Below, in pieces: positions 9,704-19,493 of a stretch of 56,175 nucleotides of DNA. The translations under genes and the position numbers were made by a program. Numbering within the stretch: position 1 is the stretch's first letter; each line of letters starts with the position of its first letter. Source of the DNA: Bdellovibrionales bacterium (GTDB taxonomy: Bacteria; Pseudomonadota; Alphaproteobacteria; Micavibrionales; JBBKXB01); NCBI GenBank assembly GCA_037969255.1, contig JBBKXB010000066.1, positions 1 to 56,175 of the forward strand. The letters run 5' to 3'. The notes under the pieces are model-generated. The model did not search any database and was not told where the DNA came from. It worked only from the letters and a program-made list of their open reading frames with translations.

Positions 9704-10063
9704 ATGACATTATCTGTACACGGCGTTCACTGCGAATTAGGCGAAGCTCTTAAGCTTCATGCAACCGAAAAGCTCAGCACATTGGATGAGAAATATTTTG
9801 GGCGCGGTCTTGATGCCTCGGTGACCCTGTCAAAAACAGAATCCAAGCAATTTAGAGTGAACATCGTTCAACATTCGGCCAATAAAACTTTTCAAGCTGA
9901 TGCGGTATCGCGAGATGCGCACCAAGCGCTTGATAGCGCCTGCACAAAGCTCGCCAAACAAATGCGCCGTATGAAACAACGCATACGTGATGATCATCAC
10001 AATCGTGATAAACGTCGCCTTGATCGCGATCTCAATGAATCATTGATTGTACCCGCCAGTTAA
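9704..10063 (+). CDS. hpf: ribosome hibernation promoting factor (short HPF/RaiA family)
   Basis: 119 aa, S30AE-type N-terminal fold sequence, basic tail. Canonical position downstream of rpoN. SD AAAGGAG upstream of the ATG. Confidence 0.8.
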   Translation: MTLSVHGVHCELGEALKLHATEKLSTLDEKYFGRGLDASVTLSKTESKQFRVNIVQHSANKTFQADAVSRDAHQALDSACTKLAKQMRRMKQRIRDDHHNRDKRRLDRDLNESLIVPAS

Positions 10064-10088
10064 GTAACTTTTTTAAGGATGAAGGTTC

Positions 10089-10118
10089 ATCGCCTCTCGA
10101 GCAATCTCGGGGGGCGAT
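10089..10118 (+). terminator. hairpin in the convergent gap after hpf
   Basis: ATCGCCTCTCGAG-CAAT-CTCGGGGGGCGAT forms a 13-bp stem. Two pairs are G-U only when read on the + strand. It is followed by TTTCTAT, a weak U tract. Confidence 0.5.
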
Positions 10119-10120
10119 TT

Positions 10121-10585
10121 CTATCGTGGACTTAAAGCGCCAAGCACTTGACCTGCCGCTACATTTCTATTACGTCCCTTATGCATTACGGCTGCATCAA
10201 CCTCGGTTGCGCCAGCACCAAACACCCCTGATATTCCAAAGCCAAGTCCACCTTCATTTTGTGACTCATACCCAGCGCTATCATTAAAGCTCATTCCATC
10301 TCGTTGAACTTCTAGTAAATCGAATGCTGATCGCTCTGTTTCCACAGAAGGATCAGCACGTGGAATTCTGTATTTTTTCTTTTCATCAGTCTGTGATTCA
10401 GCAACTTTAACGATTGAATGAATTGAAGATGCTGAGTTTGGTTTTGGTATGTTTGCCAAATCAAACATTCTTTTTTCATCACCTTGTTGCGTGAGCATGA
10501 CAGGTTCTGTTTGATCTTGAGCAGCAGCAGGTATGGCTATTGATGCCGCCATTGCGGCAATAGCTATTGATAATTTTTTCTTCAT
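10121..10585 (-). CDS. hypothetical secreted protein
   Basis: Signal peptide MKKKLSIAIAAMAASIAIPAAAQ when started at ATG 10585 (the ORF track starts at 10603). No family recognised. Confidence 0.5.
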   Translation of the reverse strand: MKKKLSIAIAAMAASIAIPAAAQDQTEPVMLTQQGDEKRMFDLANIPKPNSASSIHSIVKVAESQTDEKKKYRIPRADPSVETERSAFDLLEVQRDGMSFNDSAGYESQNEGGLGFGISGVFGAGATEVDAAVMHKGRNRNVAAGQVLGALSPR

Positions 10586-10708
10586 AAACACACCTCTTTG
10601 CACGAATTATAGCATAAAATTCACAAAAACCCTAATATTATTATGAAAATGTATAAACTGTAAATTTATAGTTTGACGCAAATTTATAATTACCATGTTG
10701 TGATACTC

Positions 10709-11833
10709 ATGAACAGTGAAGAATTAAATCAAAAATACCAGACTTGGGTGAACGATGTTGTAAAATCCGTTAGTCCTAGTAATCCCAATAGTTCCCAAAT
10801 TATTAGAAATGAACTTGAAAAAGGGCAAGAGCTAAGAAACACTGCCAGAGGACACGCATCGCGCAACACTAGAACGATAAACGACAGCGCATTTTTAGCC
10901 AATACCTCTTACATTCTCTTGAAAAGTTGCTACGCAGATACATCTAATGATCTAAAGATCGAAGAAACTCTGGATCATTTAAGAGCCGATTTAGAAAGCA
11001 AATTCTCTGACGAGTATTACTCATCTGGCTTTGGCGCCGTTGTCGCCAATAATCTTGGCCTCTATTATTTTTATCGGGCCAGCGTTGCCGAAAACTCTGG
11101 TGATATTGATAAAATGATAACACTATACCAACACGCTCTAAAATGTTTTACGCAAGCCACTAATCTATGTGGCGACAATGATGAAATTGAATTGAGCGCA
11201 CGCGTTGCTATTTCTGGTGACGTGGGTCAAGACAATCCAAGCCAAATATTCGTTAAACCTTTTCGTCATCACTCAACAGCTTTGATCGAATTGGCTCAAA
11301 GACTTGAAGATCATAGGCCTGATCAGAAAGACCCAACCCAAAGTTTACGTCGCAGTGCTGATTCAATTTTGGAAAATGGTATGGATTACATGGCACGTAA
11401 AGGACAAACCAATACGCCCGCCTATATGAATTTAGCGATAAGTCAAATCGTCACCGCAGCCATGCACCCCGATGTCTCAGCGCTTAAAACCGAAGATTTG
11501 TCACAATATGCAGGTAAATTTATCGTGGATATCAATAAAATGGCTGAATTGCCTAAAGTTAAAAAGACTGAATGGATTATGGTTTTGCTTTGTGCGCGAT
11601 CATTATGTTTGGATGAAACAGATGATAAAGTGATGGCTGATTGTACGCGAAATGAAATAATGGATTGGGGCAAAGAATTAGGAGTATTAAAAGAAGCTGT
11701 TCCTGATTATATTAGAATAAATGGCATCTATAAAAAAGCGATGGGTGATCGATTCCTAGAACTTACTCACTCCATTGAAATGGGTGCGAAACAGGCTAAA
11801 TCTACAACTGCGAATCTTAAACTTAAGCACTAA
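10709..11833 (+). CDS. hypothetical protein (AT-rich orphan, predicted helical)
   Basis: Long ORF 10673-11833; ATG 10709 (MNSEELNQKY) is the more plausible start. No signal peptide or TM and no recognisable family. Confidence 0.5.
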   Translation: MNSEELNQKYQTWVNDVVKSVSPSNPNSSQIIRNELEKGQELRNTARGHASRNTRTINDSAFLANTSYILLKSCYADTSNDLKIEETLDHLRADLESKFSDEYYSSGFGAVVANNLGLYYFYRASVAENSGDIDKMITLYQHALKCFTQATNLCGDNDEIELSARVAISGDVGQDNPSQIFVKPFRHHSTALIELAQRLEDHRPDQKDPTQSLRRSADSILENGMDYMARKGQTNTPAYMNLAISQIVTAAMHPDVSALKTEDLSQYAGKFIVDINKMAELPKVKKTEWIMVLLCARSLCLDETDDKVMADCTRNEIMDWGKELGVLKEAVPDYIRINGIYKKAMGDRFLELTHSIEMGAKQAKSTTANLKLKH

Positions 11834-11928
11834 AATAAATAATATCTGAATTTGTATCAAGCGTGGGATTAAAGTGGTGGCGGGCATACCACAACAGTGA
11901 ACAACGACATAAAAATCTTAAAAATGGC

Positions 11929-12105
11929 TTATTTACGAATAAATTCGCGGTCACAATATCCGCAAGTGACGCTATTTTTGCCCTCAAAACTGTAATACAC
12001 GCGCGGATGTCCGAGCACTGGATTGCCACCATCACACATAACCTGATCCGTAGATTTGGGCACTTTGATAATTTCTGGTGCTTTGGTGGCGGTGTTATTT
12101 TTCAT
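11929..12105 (-). CDS. zinc-finger (zf-CHCC-type) domain protein
   Basis: Not in the ORF track (58 aa). Manual translation gives MKNNTATKAPEIIKVPKSTDQVMCDGGNPVLGHPRVYYSFEGKNSVTCGYCDREFIRK*. The C-x-GG...LGHPRVY...CxYC pattern matches the small Zn-finger proteins conserved in alphaproteobacteria. Confidence 0.75.
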   Translation of the reverse strand: MKNNTATKAPEIIKVPKSTDQVMCDGGNPVLGHPRVYYSFEGKNSVTCGYCDREFIRK

Positions 12106-12150
12106 TGTTTTTCATCATACATTGCTTGATCGTGTCCTAGCAATAGGATA

Positions 12151-12564
12151 ATGATTGAAAATATGAGCACCGCGCCACAATTAAAAGAACCCTCATTCGT
12201 CGACCATCCTAATGTGTCGGGCGGTAATAAGGATGCTTATATTGATGCGGTGCTTGATTTGGACAAAGCATTGCCGAGCTGGCGACAATCCCTTCTGGCT
12301 TATAATTGGCTGACATCCGATGGTCACGCCAAACCCGTTGAAACATTGGGCGCGGCGCAAAAGGAAAAATATGACGAGGCTGTGGCCTTATTATCCGCGC
12401 AACAATCCCTTCCAAAACCTATTATCGGCATTGGTATGATTGATAATGTCGAAGTGGGATCGGGCGCGGCTATCATCGTGCTTATGGCGCATCAAGGCTT
12501 TACGCAAATCCCTGTCCATGTACGCGCCGCTATGTCCAAAAAACTCATGAAGTTTATGGTTTAG
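12151..12564 (+). CDS. hypothetical protein
   Basis: 137-aa ORF with composition like the core genes. No family recognised. Confidence 0.5.
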   Translation: MIENMSTAPQLKEPSFVDHPNVSGGNKDAYIDAVLDLDKALPSWRQSLLAYNWLTSDGHAKPVETLGAAQKEKYDEAVALLSAQQSLPKPIIGIGMIDNVEVGSGAAIIVLMAHQGFTQIPVHVRAAMSKKLMKFMV

Positions 12565-12620
12565 AAAAAATTTGTTTTTTTTGATAGCCAGACTAAAATC
12601 GTTCCTATAATGTTCTCATT

Positions 12621-14870
12621 ATGCAAGCAGATATGATTCCCCCCGCGCACCCTTCCGAAACCTACTTGAATGGTCTTAATACCCCGCAAATGAGCGCGGT
12701 TGAAGCGCTGGATGGCCCTGTGTTGGTGCTTGCTGGCGCGGGGACTGGTAAAACGCGTGTATTGACCACGCGTCTTGCACATTTGATCCGCACAAATAAG
12801 GCATGGCCGTCACAAATTCTGGCCGTGACCTTTACAAACAAAGCCGCCAATGAAATGAAAGAGCGCGTGATGAGCCTTGTGCCCGAGGCTGGTGATCAGG
12901 GCTGGTGGATTGGTACATTCCATTCTTTGGCCGCGCGTCTGTTGCGTCAAAATGCTGAACTGGTTGGCCTCACATCCTCATTCACCATTATCACGCCCGA
13001 TGACGCGCAACGTCTTCTTAAACAAATTGGCGAATCATTGGGTATTGATGTCAAAAAGAATCCTCCAAAACTCATGAGCGCTATTATTGATCGGTGGAAA
13101 GACAAAGCGATCACACCCGATATGCTCAAAGCCGAGGATGTTGGTCAAGCGGTGCAAGGTCGTATGGGGCAAATTTATAAACAATATCAACAACGCCTTC
13201 GTGAACTCAATGCCTGTGATTTTGGCGATCTTATGCTTCATTGCATCACCATTTGGAAAAATCCGAATAATCGCGACATTTTAGAAAACCTACAACGCAA
13301 GTTTCAATACATCTTGGTCGATGAATATCAAGATACCAATGTGGCGCAATATCAGTGGCTACGTTTACTCGCCATCGCGCACAACAATATTTGCTGTGTT
13401 GGAGATGATGATCAATCCATTTATGGGTGGCGCGGGGCAGAAGTCGGCAATATTCTCCGCTTTGAAAAAGACTATGATAACGCGATCACGGTACGCCTTG
13501 AGCAAAATTATAGATCCACGGGACATATATTACGCGCCGCCTCTCACGTGATTGCTAAAAACCAAGGACGGCTTGGTAAAACATTATGGTCTGAGGGCGG
13601 AAATGGCGAACAAATCACCGTGCGCGGTGTGTGGGATGCCCCTAGTGAGGCCAAATATATATCGACCACCATTGAAGAATCACGACTTAAAAATAATCGC
13701 CAATTAAAAGATTTTGCGATTCTCGTCCGCGCTGGGTTTCAAACGCGCGAATTTGAAGAACGTTTTTTACAAGTTGGCCTGCCGTATCGCGTCATAGGCG
13801 GTTTGCGTTTTTATGAGCGTGCAGAGATTCGTGACGCGCTTGCATACCTTCGGATTGTTGCGCAACCGAGCGATGATCTCGCGTTCGAGCGTATCATCAA
13901 CACGCCAAAACGCGGTGTTGGCTCTACATCTGTTCAAAAACTCCATGTCGAGGCACGCGCCAATGGCGTTCCGCTCACATCAATTTTGCGCCCTATGCTT
14001 GATCAAGGTGAGATCAAAGGCAAAGCGCACACATCACTAACCACATTCATGCATAATCTCACGCGCTGGGCGAATATGATTAACTCGACACCACCCGCTG
14101 ATCTCACCGAATTAATTTTGGAAGAATCGGGTTATATCGATATGTGGAAAAACGAAAAAACGCCCGATGCGCCAGGGCGCGTTGAAAATTTGAAAGAACT
14201 CGTATCGGCTGTGTCTCAATTTGACACGCTAGCGGGTTTTTTAGAGCATGTCGCGCTCGTCATGGACGTCCAAGACAATAGCGATGGCAACCAGATCACC
14301 ATCATGACATTGCACGGTGCTAAGGGTCTCGAATTCCCTGTTGTGTTTTGCGCAGGCTGGGAAGAAGGGGTATTCCCCTCGCAACGCTCCGTCGATGAAA
14401 ATGGATTACAAGGTCTTGAGGAAGAGCGCCGTTTGGCCTATGTTGGGATCACACGCGCACGCGAAAAACTCTATATCACACACGCCGCCAATCGTCAGAT
14501 TTACGGTCAATGGACATCTTCTATGCCCTCACGATTTATTAGTGAAATGCCAGATGAAACGGTGGATATGCAACGCGAACATGGTATGAATATGCGCTTT
14601 GGTGATAACACGCAATCATCCTCACCCGTTCGATCTATACCGATTGGCAAACGTACACCGCCCCCTGCGCAACGTACAGGTCGCCCGATCACGACGCCAG
14701 CTGATAGCGCACCAAAGGAAAATGCCAATGGATTTATAATTGGCGGTCAAGTCACACACCCGAAATTTGGTATAGGTACGATCTTTCACATGGATGGCAA
14801 CAAACTCGACATAAAATTCCCAAGTGGTGTAAAACGCATCCTTGATAGTTTCGTCAAATCTGCATCTTAA
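12621..14870 (+). CDS. uvrD: ATP-dependent DNA helicase UvrD/PcrA/Rep family
   Basis: 749 aa. Motif I AGAGTGKT, motif II VDEYQDTN, motif III GDDDQSIYGWRGA, motif VI VGITRAREKL. Confidence 0.9.
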   Translation: MQADMIPPAHPSETYLNGLNTPQMSAVEALDGPVLVLAGAGTGKTRVLTTRLAHLIRTNKAWPSQILAVTFTNKAANEMKERVMSLVPEAGDQGWWIGTFHSLAARLLRQNAELVGLTSSFTIITPDDAQRLLKQIGESLGIDVKKNPPKLMSAIIDRWKDKAITPDMLKAEDVGQAVQGRMGQIYKQYQQRLRELNACDFGDLMLHCITIWKNPNNRDILENLQRKFQYILVDEYQDTNVAQYQWLRLLAIAHNNICCVGDDDQSIYGWRGAEVGNILRFEKDYDNAITVRLEQNYRSTGHILRAASHVIAKNQGRLGKTLWSEGGNGEQITVRGVWDAPSEAKYISTTIEESRLKNNRQLKDFAILVRAGFQTREFEERFLQVGLPYRVIGGLRFYERAEIRDALAYLRIVAQPSDDLAFERIINTPKRGVGSTSVQKLHVEARANGVPLTSILRPMLDQGEIKGKAHTSLTTFMHNLTRWANMINSTPPADLTELILEESGYIDMWKNEKTPDAPGRVENLKELVSAVSQFDTLAGFLEHVALVMDVQDNSDGNQITIMTLHGAKGLEFPVVFCAGWEEGVFPSQRSVDENGLQGLEEERRLAYVGITRAREKLYITHAANRQIYGQWTSSMPSRFISEMPDETVDMQREHGMNMRFGDNTQSSSPVRSIPIGKRTPPPAQRTGRPITTPADSAPKENANGFIIGGQVTHPKFGIGTIFHMDGNKLDIKFPSGVKRILDSFVKSAS

Positions 14871-14910
14871 TACCTTGCCGAGGCGTAGCCATCGCGCTAG
14901 CATTACTTCC

Positions 14911-15879
14911 ATGAATTTTAAAATTATTATGATGGCCCTTACCTTTATTTGTGGTGCATCTGCGCCTGTGTTCGCACAAGAAGGCGAACCTGAAGCGTCC
15001 GCGCCAGTGTCTGTACCTCAAGATCGTATTGTCGCGCGCGTCAATAGCGACATCGTGACATCAGGCGATATCTGGCAACGTTATTATACTGTGCAACGCT
15101 CAGCTGGATTGCCCGATAACACTGATATCCGCGCCGATGTGTTCCCGCAAATACTTAATGGACTTATAGATGAAAGCCTACAACTCCAAGAAGCCACCCG
15201 CCTTGGTATAGATATTAATGATGAAATTATGGAGGCCGCATTATTGGATATGGCCAAAAATAATGATGTCGCCAGCGTCCAAGAATTTGAAGCAATGATG
15301 CAAAAACAAGGTGTGTCCATCAAAAATGTTGAGCGCCAAGTAAAGCCACAAATCGCTTGGGGCGGTGTCGTGCAACGTGTGTTGCGCCCTGACATTAGCG
15401 TGCCCGATGAAGAAATTGCACAATTGCGTGATACGCTCAATGAAACAAAAGGCGTCACGGAATACCAAATTGCTGAAATCGTGCTGGACGCCAGTGACGA
15501 AGTTAAACGCAAAAATGCCTTGGATTTGGCCAAAAACCTATCCAAAGAAATGGCTAGAGGCGCGCCATTTAGACAAGTGGCCGCTAAATTTTCACAAAGC
15601 CCGTCTAAACAACAAGGTGGACTTTTGGGCTGGGTTACCAAAACTGAACTGCCCAATAGCTTACACGAAACGCTAGAAAAATTACCCAAAGGACGCTTAT
15701 CGCCGCCCGTTATAGCCGATAACAAAGTGTTCTTAATTCTCAAGCTCAATGAGCGTATTGGGCAAGGTGCACCTGATGATGAAGTCATACAAGACCGACT
15801 TTTGAATCGTAAACTTGAAAAAGCCGCCATCGCGTACTTGCAAGATCTGCGCGATCAGGCTTTGATTGTATTTCCTTGA
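14911..15879 (+). CDS. surA: SurA-like periplasmic chaperone / parvulin-type PPIase
   Basis: Start ATG 14911 gives signal peptide MNFKIIMMALTFICGASAPVFAQ. SurA N-domain-like sequence plus one parvulin-like domain. Lies upstream of rsmA, as is usual. Confidence 0.7.
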   Translation: MNFKIIMMALTFICGASAPVFAQEGEPEASAPVSVPQDRIVARVNSDIVTSGDIWQRYYTVQRSAGLPDNTDIRADVFPQILNGLIDESLQLQEATRLGIDINDEIMEAALLDMAKNNDVASVQEFEAMMQKQGVSIKNVERQVKPQIAWGGVVQRVLRPDISVPDEEIAQLRDTLNETKGVTEYQIAEIVLDASDEVKRKNALDLAKNLSKEMARGAPFRQVAAKFSQSPSKQQGGLLGWVTKTELPNSLHETLEKLPKGRLSPPVIADNKVFLILKLNERIGQGAPDDEVIQDRLLNRKLEKAAIAYLQDLRDQALIVFP

Positions 15880-16685
15880 TTGATGATCTCCCATCCCTAA
15901 GTGCGGTGATCGAACAAGCAGGGTTGAAAGCCAATAAAAAATTCGGGCAAAACTTCCTACTTGATCTTAACATCACAAAAAAAATTGTACGCGCATCTGG
16001 ACTAGACAAAGATGTACGTGTTTACGAAGTCGGCCCTGGACCAGGTGGCTTAACACGCGCACTTTTGCTTAATGGTAATGACGTACATGCTATCGAAATG
16101 GACACACGTACAAAGCCCATTCTTGAGCAATTACAACAGGCTAGAAATTATAAATTCACGTACGAATTTGGGGATGCCTTGGAATATGAGTGGGCACAGC
16201 TTGATAACGCCGCGATCATTGCCAATTTACCCTATAATGTGGCCACACCCCTGATTATAAAATGGTTAAAACTATCATTTGAAAATCCGCAGTCAATTAA
16301 CCGCATGGCCCTCATGGTACAAAAAGAAGTGGCGGATCGAATATGTGCCACACCTGATCAAAAAACGTACGGACGATTAAGTGTTATCTGTCAATGGCTT
16401 ATGAGTGTTAGCTCAATCATTACTTTACCTCCGCAAGCGTTTACACCTGCGCCCAAAGTTCATTCATCTGTGGTGTTATTCGTGCCACGTACAGATAGGC
16501 CGAAAACTGATTTTAAATCCATGGAACAAGTCGTTGCAAGCGCCTTTAATCAACGCCGGAAGATGATTCGTACGTCTTTAAAATCGTACGCTTTCGATTG
16601 GGATGATTTGAATATAGATGCGACCAAGCGCGCAGAAAACCTATCAATTGACGAATACGTACGCTTAGCCAATTCTATAAGTTAA
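15876..16685 (+). CDS. rsmA: 16S rRNA (adenine1518/1519-N6)-dimethyltransferase RsmA/KsgA
   Basis: FGQNFLLD, the SAM motif VYEVGPGPGGLT and NLPYNV motifs. TTG start overlaps the surA stop. Confidence 0.9.
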   Translation: MIDDLPSLSAVIEQAGLKANKKFGQNFLLDLNITKKIVRASGLDKDVRVYEVGPGPGGLTRALLLNGNDVHAIEMDTRTKPILEQLQQARNYKFTYEFGDALEYEWAQLDNAAIIANLPYNVATPLIIKWLKLSFENPQSINRMALMVQKEVADRICATPDQKTYGRLSVICQWLMSVSSIITLPPQAFTPAPKVHSSVVLFVPRTDRPKTDFKSMEQVVASAFNQRRKMIRTSLKSYAFDWDDLNIDATKRAENLSIDEYVRLANSIS

Positions 16686-17827
16686 GCTTTTCGATCTTGC
16701 AATAATTCAATATAAACTGCAAGCGTATCGGCACACATTTTTTCCAAAGAAAACTTACTCTCGACCCACGTACGCGTTTCCATGGCGAGTATGTTCTTCT
16801 CGTCTTGCGAGGCTTTGAGCGCAGCGTCCATTCCACGCGCTAAATCATCAACATCCCCAGGGGCTACAAGCCAACCTGTTTTGCCATCAATAACCGTCTC
16901 ACGTGCCCCGCCATGATTGGTCGCCACCACCGCACGGCCCATAGCTTGCGCCTCCACTGGTACGCGCCCAAATCCTTCTGGTTCAATCGATGGGATAACC
17001 ACCACCGTTGATAAATTATAGGCAGACGGCATATCTTTGCATTGCTCTACAATACGCACTTGCCCTTCTAAACCCAATTCTTGGATTAAGTCTTCTAGTT
17101 CTTTAACGTACGCTTTGCGTCCTTGGGAATCCCCTGCGATCACAGCCACCAAATCGTCTTTGAGAATGTGTTTAAAGGCTTTTAGGAATTCGATTTGGCC
17201 TTTCCAGCGCGTGAGACGCGCAGGGCAAAATATGACACGTACACCATCAGGTAAACGCCAAGCTTTTGAGAGCAACATCATGCGCTCTGCTGTCACCAAA
17301 TTTGGATCAAATTTATTAAAATCAATGCCACGATGAATGACGCGTAGTTTGCTATCGGGCAGATCATAGCGACTTTGGGCATAATGCGCGACATAATCGG
17401 ATATCGCGATCACGCGTTCTCCTTTGACCATGACACTGTTATAAAATCTTTTAAATTTATTACTTGCTGGGTAGGGTGCATGCATTGTCGTCATAAATCT
17501 AGTATTCGTGCCTTTGCATGCTCTATAGGCAATCCAAGCGGGCACACGAGAGCGCGCATGCACAATGTCGACATTATTAGCTATGATGAATTTTTTGAGT
17601 TTTTTGCTCATCGCCATCATGGTGAAAAAGTTTTTTTTATGAACTGGCCATTCTTCGTGACGCGCATTGATGCGTGTTAAATCGTGGACACGTACACCGC
17701 CGTTAGACACAACGATTGATTCGGCGCCAGCGCGTACGATCTCACCCGCCATATCAATGCACCCTTGCTCAGCGCCACCAGCACCAAGGTTCGGAATAAT
17801 CTGCAAAATCACGGGTTTTCGTGCCAT
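16682..17827 (-). CDS. glycosyltransferase family 4
   Basis: 381 aa, GT-B fold signature with E-x7-E (EPEGFGRVPVEAQAMG). Convergent 4-nt overlap with rsmA. Confidence 0.8.
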   Translation of the reverse strand: MARKPVILQIIPNLGAGGAEQGCIDMAGEIVRAGAESIVVSNGGVRVHDLTRINARHEEWPVHKKNFFTMMAMSKKLKKFIIANNVDIVHARSRVPAWIAYRACKGTNTRFMTTMHAPYPASNKFKRFYNSVMVKGERVIAISDYVAHYAQSRYDLPDSKLRVIHRGIDFNKFDPNLVTAERMMLLSKAWRLPDGVRVIFCPARLTRWKGQIEFLKAFKHILKDDLVAVIAGDSQGRKAYVKELEDLIQELGLEGQVRIVEQCKDMPSAYNLSTVVVIPSIEPEGFGRVPVEAQAMGRAVVATNHGGARETVIDGKTGWLVAPGDVDDLARGMDAALKASQDEKNILAMETRTWVESKFSLEKMCADTLAVYIELLQDRKA

Positions 17828-17850
17828 AGGGGTTATGATACATAAGAACT

Positions 17851-18564
17851 ATGAACTTACAATACACTTTGCCAGAACCAAGCTATGATGGGAATATCGC
17901 CTATCGCAAGCTTAACGGGGATGATCGTGCGGGTATCTTTTTCTTGCACGGATATATGTCTGACATGGATGGTACAAAATCTGTCCATCTGGCGCAGTGG
18001 GCAAGTGAACGAGGGCAATCCATGCTTCGCTTTGATATGCGTGGCAATGGCTTATCAAAGGGTAATTTCGATGATTTCACACTCCAAGATTGGTTAGAGG
18101 ATGCATGTCATATGTTTGAACATCACACCTCGGGCCCGCAAATCGTTGTGGGATCATCCATGGGCGGATGGTTAGCCTTTCATATAGCGATGAGATTCCC
18201 GACACGTGTTAAAGCCATTGTCGGCATTGCCGCCGCGCCCGATTTTGTGTGCAAAATACCCATTAACGGAACAAAAACAGATACAGGGTATGTGCTTGAT
18301 AGTGGTTTACCATTCACCAATAAACTGCTAGAGGCAGGCGAGTCTCTTTGTATACTGAACGGTACAATTGATATTGATTGCCCCGTGACGTTATTACAAG
18401 GAAAACTTGACGATAGCGTACCGTGGGAAACGGCTGAACTTATTAAAGCGCGCTTAAAACCCGACCAATGCCAGATAAAATATATAGATGATGCCGATCA
18501 TAGATTCTCACGAGCACAGGATCTCGAGATATTAAAAAAGGCGATAAAAACCGCCTCTCTTTGA
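17851..18564 (+). CDS. alpha/beta hydrolase
   Basis: 237 aa. Nucleophile elbow GSSMGG, C-terminal D...H (DDADHRF). Confidence 0.7.
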   Translation: MNLQYTLPEPSYDGNIAYRKLNGDDRAGIFFLHGYMSDMDGTKSVHLAQWASERGQSMLRFDMRGNGLSKGNFDDFTLQDWLEDACHMFEHHTSGPQIVVGSSMGGWLAFHIAMRFPTRVKAIVGIAAAPDFVCKIPINGTKTDTGYVLDSGLPFTNKLLEAGESLCILNGTIDIDCPVTLLQGKLDDSVPWETAELIKARLKPDQCQIKYIDDADHRFSRAQDLEILKKAIKTASL

Positions 18565-18584
18565 AAACTTAATATCCGTAAGTG

Positions 18585-19292
18585 TTAACGGCGTTCGCCG
18601 AGGAACATCATCAGGAATTGGAAGAGGTTTATAACGTTAATATAAAGTGATAACGCGCCCATAACAGCGGCCTTTGAATTGGCATCCTCGCCATAACTCG
18701 CGGCATACATCGCCTTTTGATTTTGCGTGTCATAAGCAATCAAAAGCGTATAAACGATCACGCCAATCCCTGAGATGATGAAACTCATCATTGTGGATTG
18801 TAAGAAAATATTGACCACCATCGCAATGATCAAGCCTATAACGCCCATCATCAAGAAACTGCCCATTTTAGTAAGGTCAGCCTTGGTTGTGTAGCCGTAC
18901 ATGCTCATCGCGGCGAACATAGAGGCCGTGATAAAGAACACTTTGGCAATCGATTCGCCCGTGTAGATCAAAAAGATGCTTGCGAATGAAATCCCCAAAA
19001 CGGCCGAGAAGGCATAAAACATACCCGCCAGATAGGCTGGTGATTTGGTCATGATCGCTTTGCGGTTAAACCCGATGAATAAGAAAATAAGCGGAGCAAA
19101 CATAAAGATATAAGCTTGCGGGCCACCAAAAATCATAGATACAAGCGCGGGCGTGTTGGCCACGAGCCATGAAATAAGGCCTGTGATAGATAGCCCAACA
19201 GCCATATGACGATAAATCGTCATGAAATGGTTGCGCAAACCTGCGTCAACTTCAGTGGTTTTGGACCAATTTTGTTCTTTTAGCTCTGACAT
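18585..19292 (-). CDS. Bax inhibitor-1/YccA family membrane protein
   Basis: 235 aa, seven hydrophobic segments, typical N-terminal FMTIYRHMAVGL and C-terminal LYINVINLF blocks. Confidence 0.85.
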   Translation of the reverse strand: MSELKEQNWSKTTEVDAGLRNHFMTIYRHMAVGLSITGLISWLVANTPALVSMIFGGPQAYIFMFAPLIFLFIGFNRKAIMTKSPAYLAGMFYAFSAVLGISFASIFLIYTGESIAKVFFITASMFAAMSMYGYTTKADLTKMGSFLMMGVIGLIIAMVVNIFLQSTMMSFIISGIGVIVYTLLIAYDTQNQKAMYAASYGEDANSKAAVMGALSLYINVINLFQFLMMFLGERR

Positions 19293-19493
19293 TTTGAAAA
19301 ATATCCTCCAGTTGTTACTAATTATATGCGTGAGTATAACGTATATAATCCCAAATTCAATGATAAAGCGTGACTTTAAGATCGACTTGCCATTTGTTTA
19401 CATGATACACTCGCCTTTATGTTTTTGATACGAGGCCAGCGTCATATCGGTTCAATCAAAACTTTAAATGAGATTTATATACAAAGGATTTTA

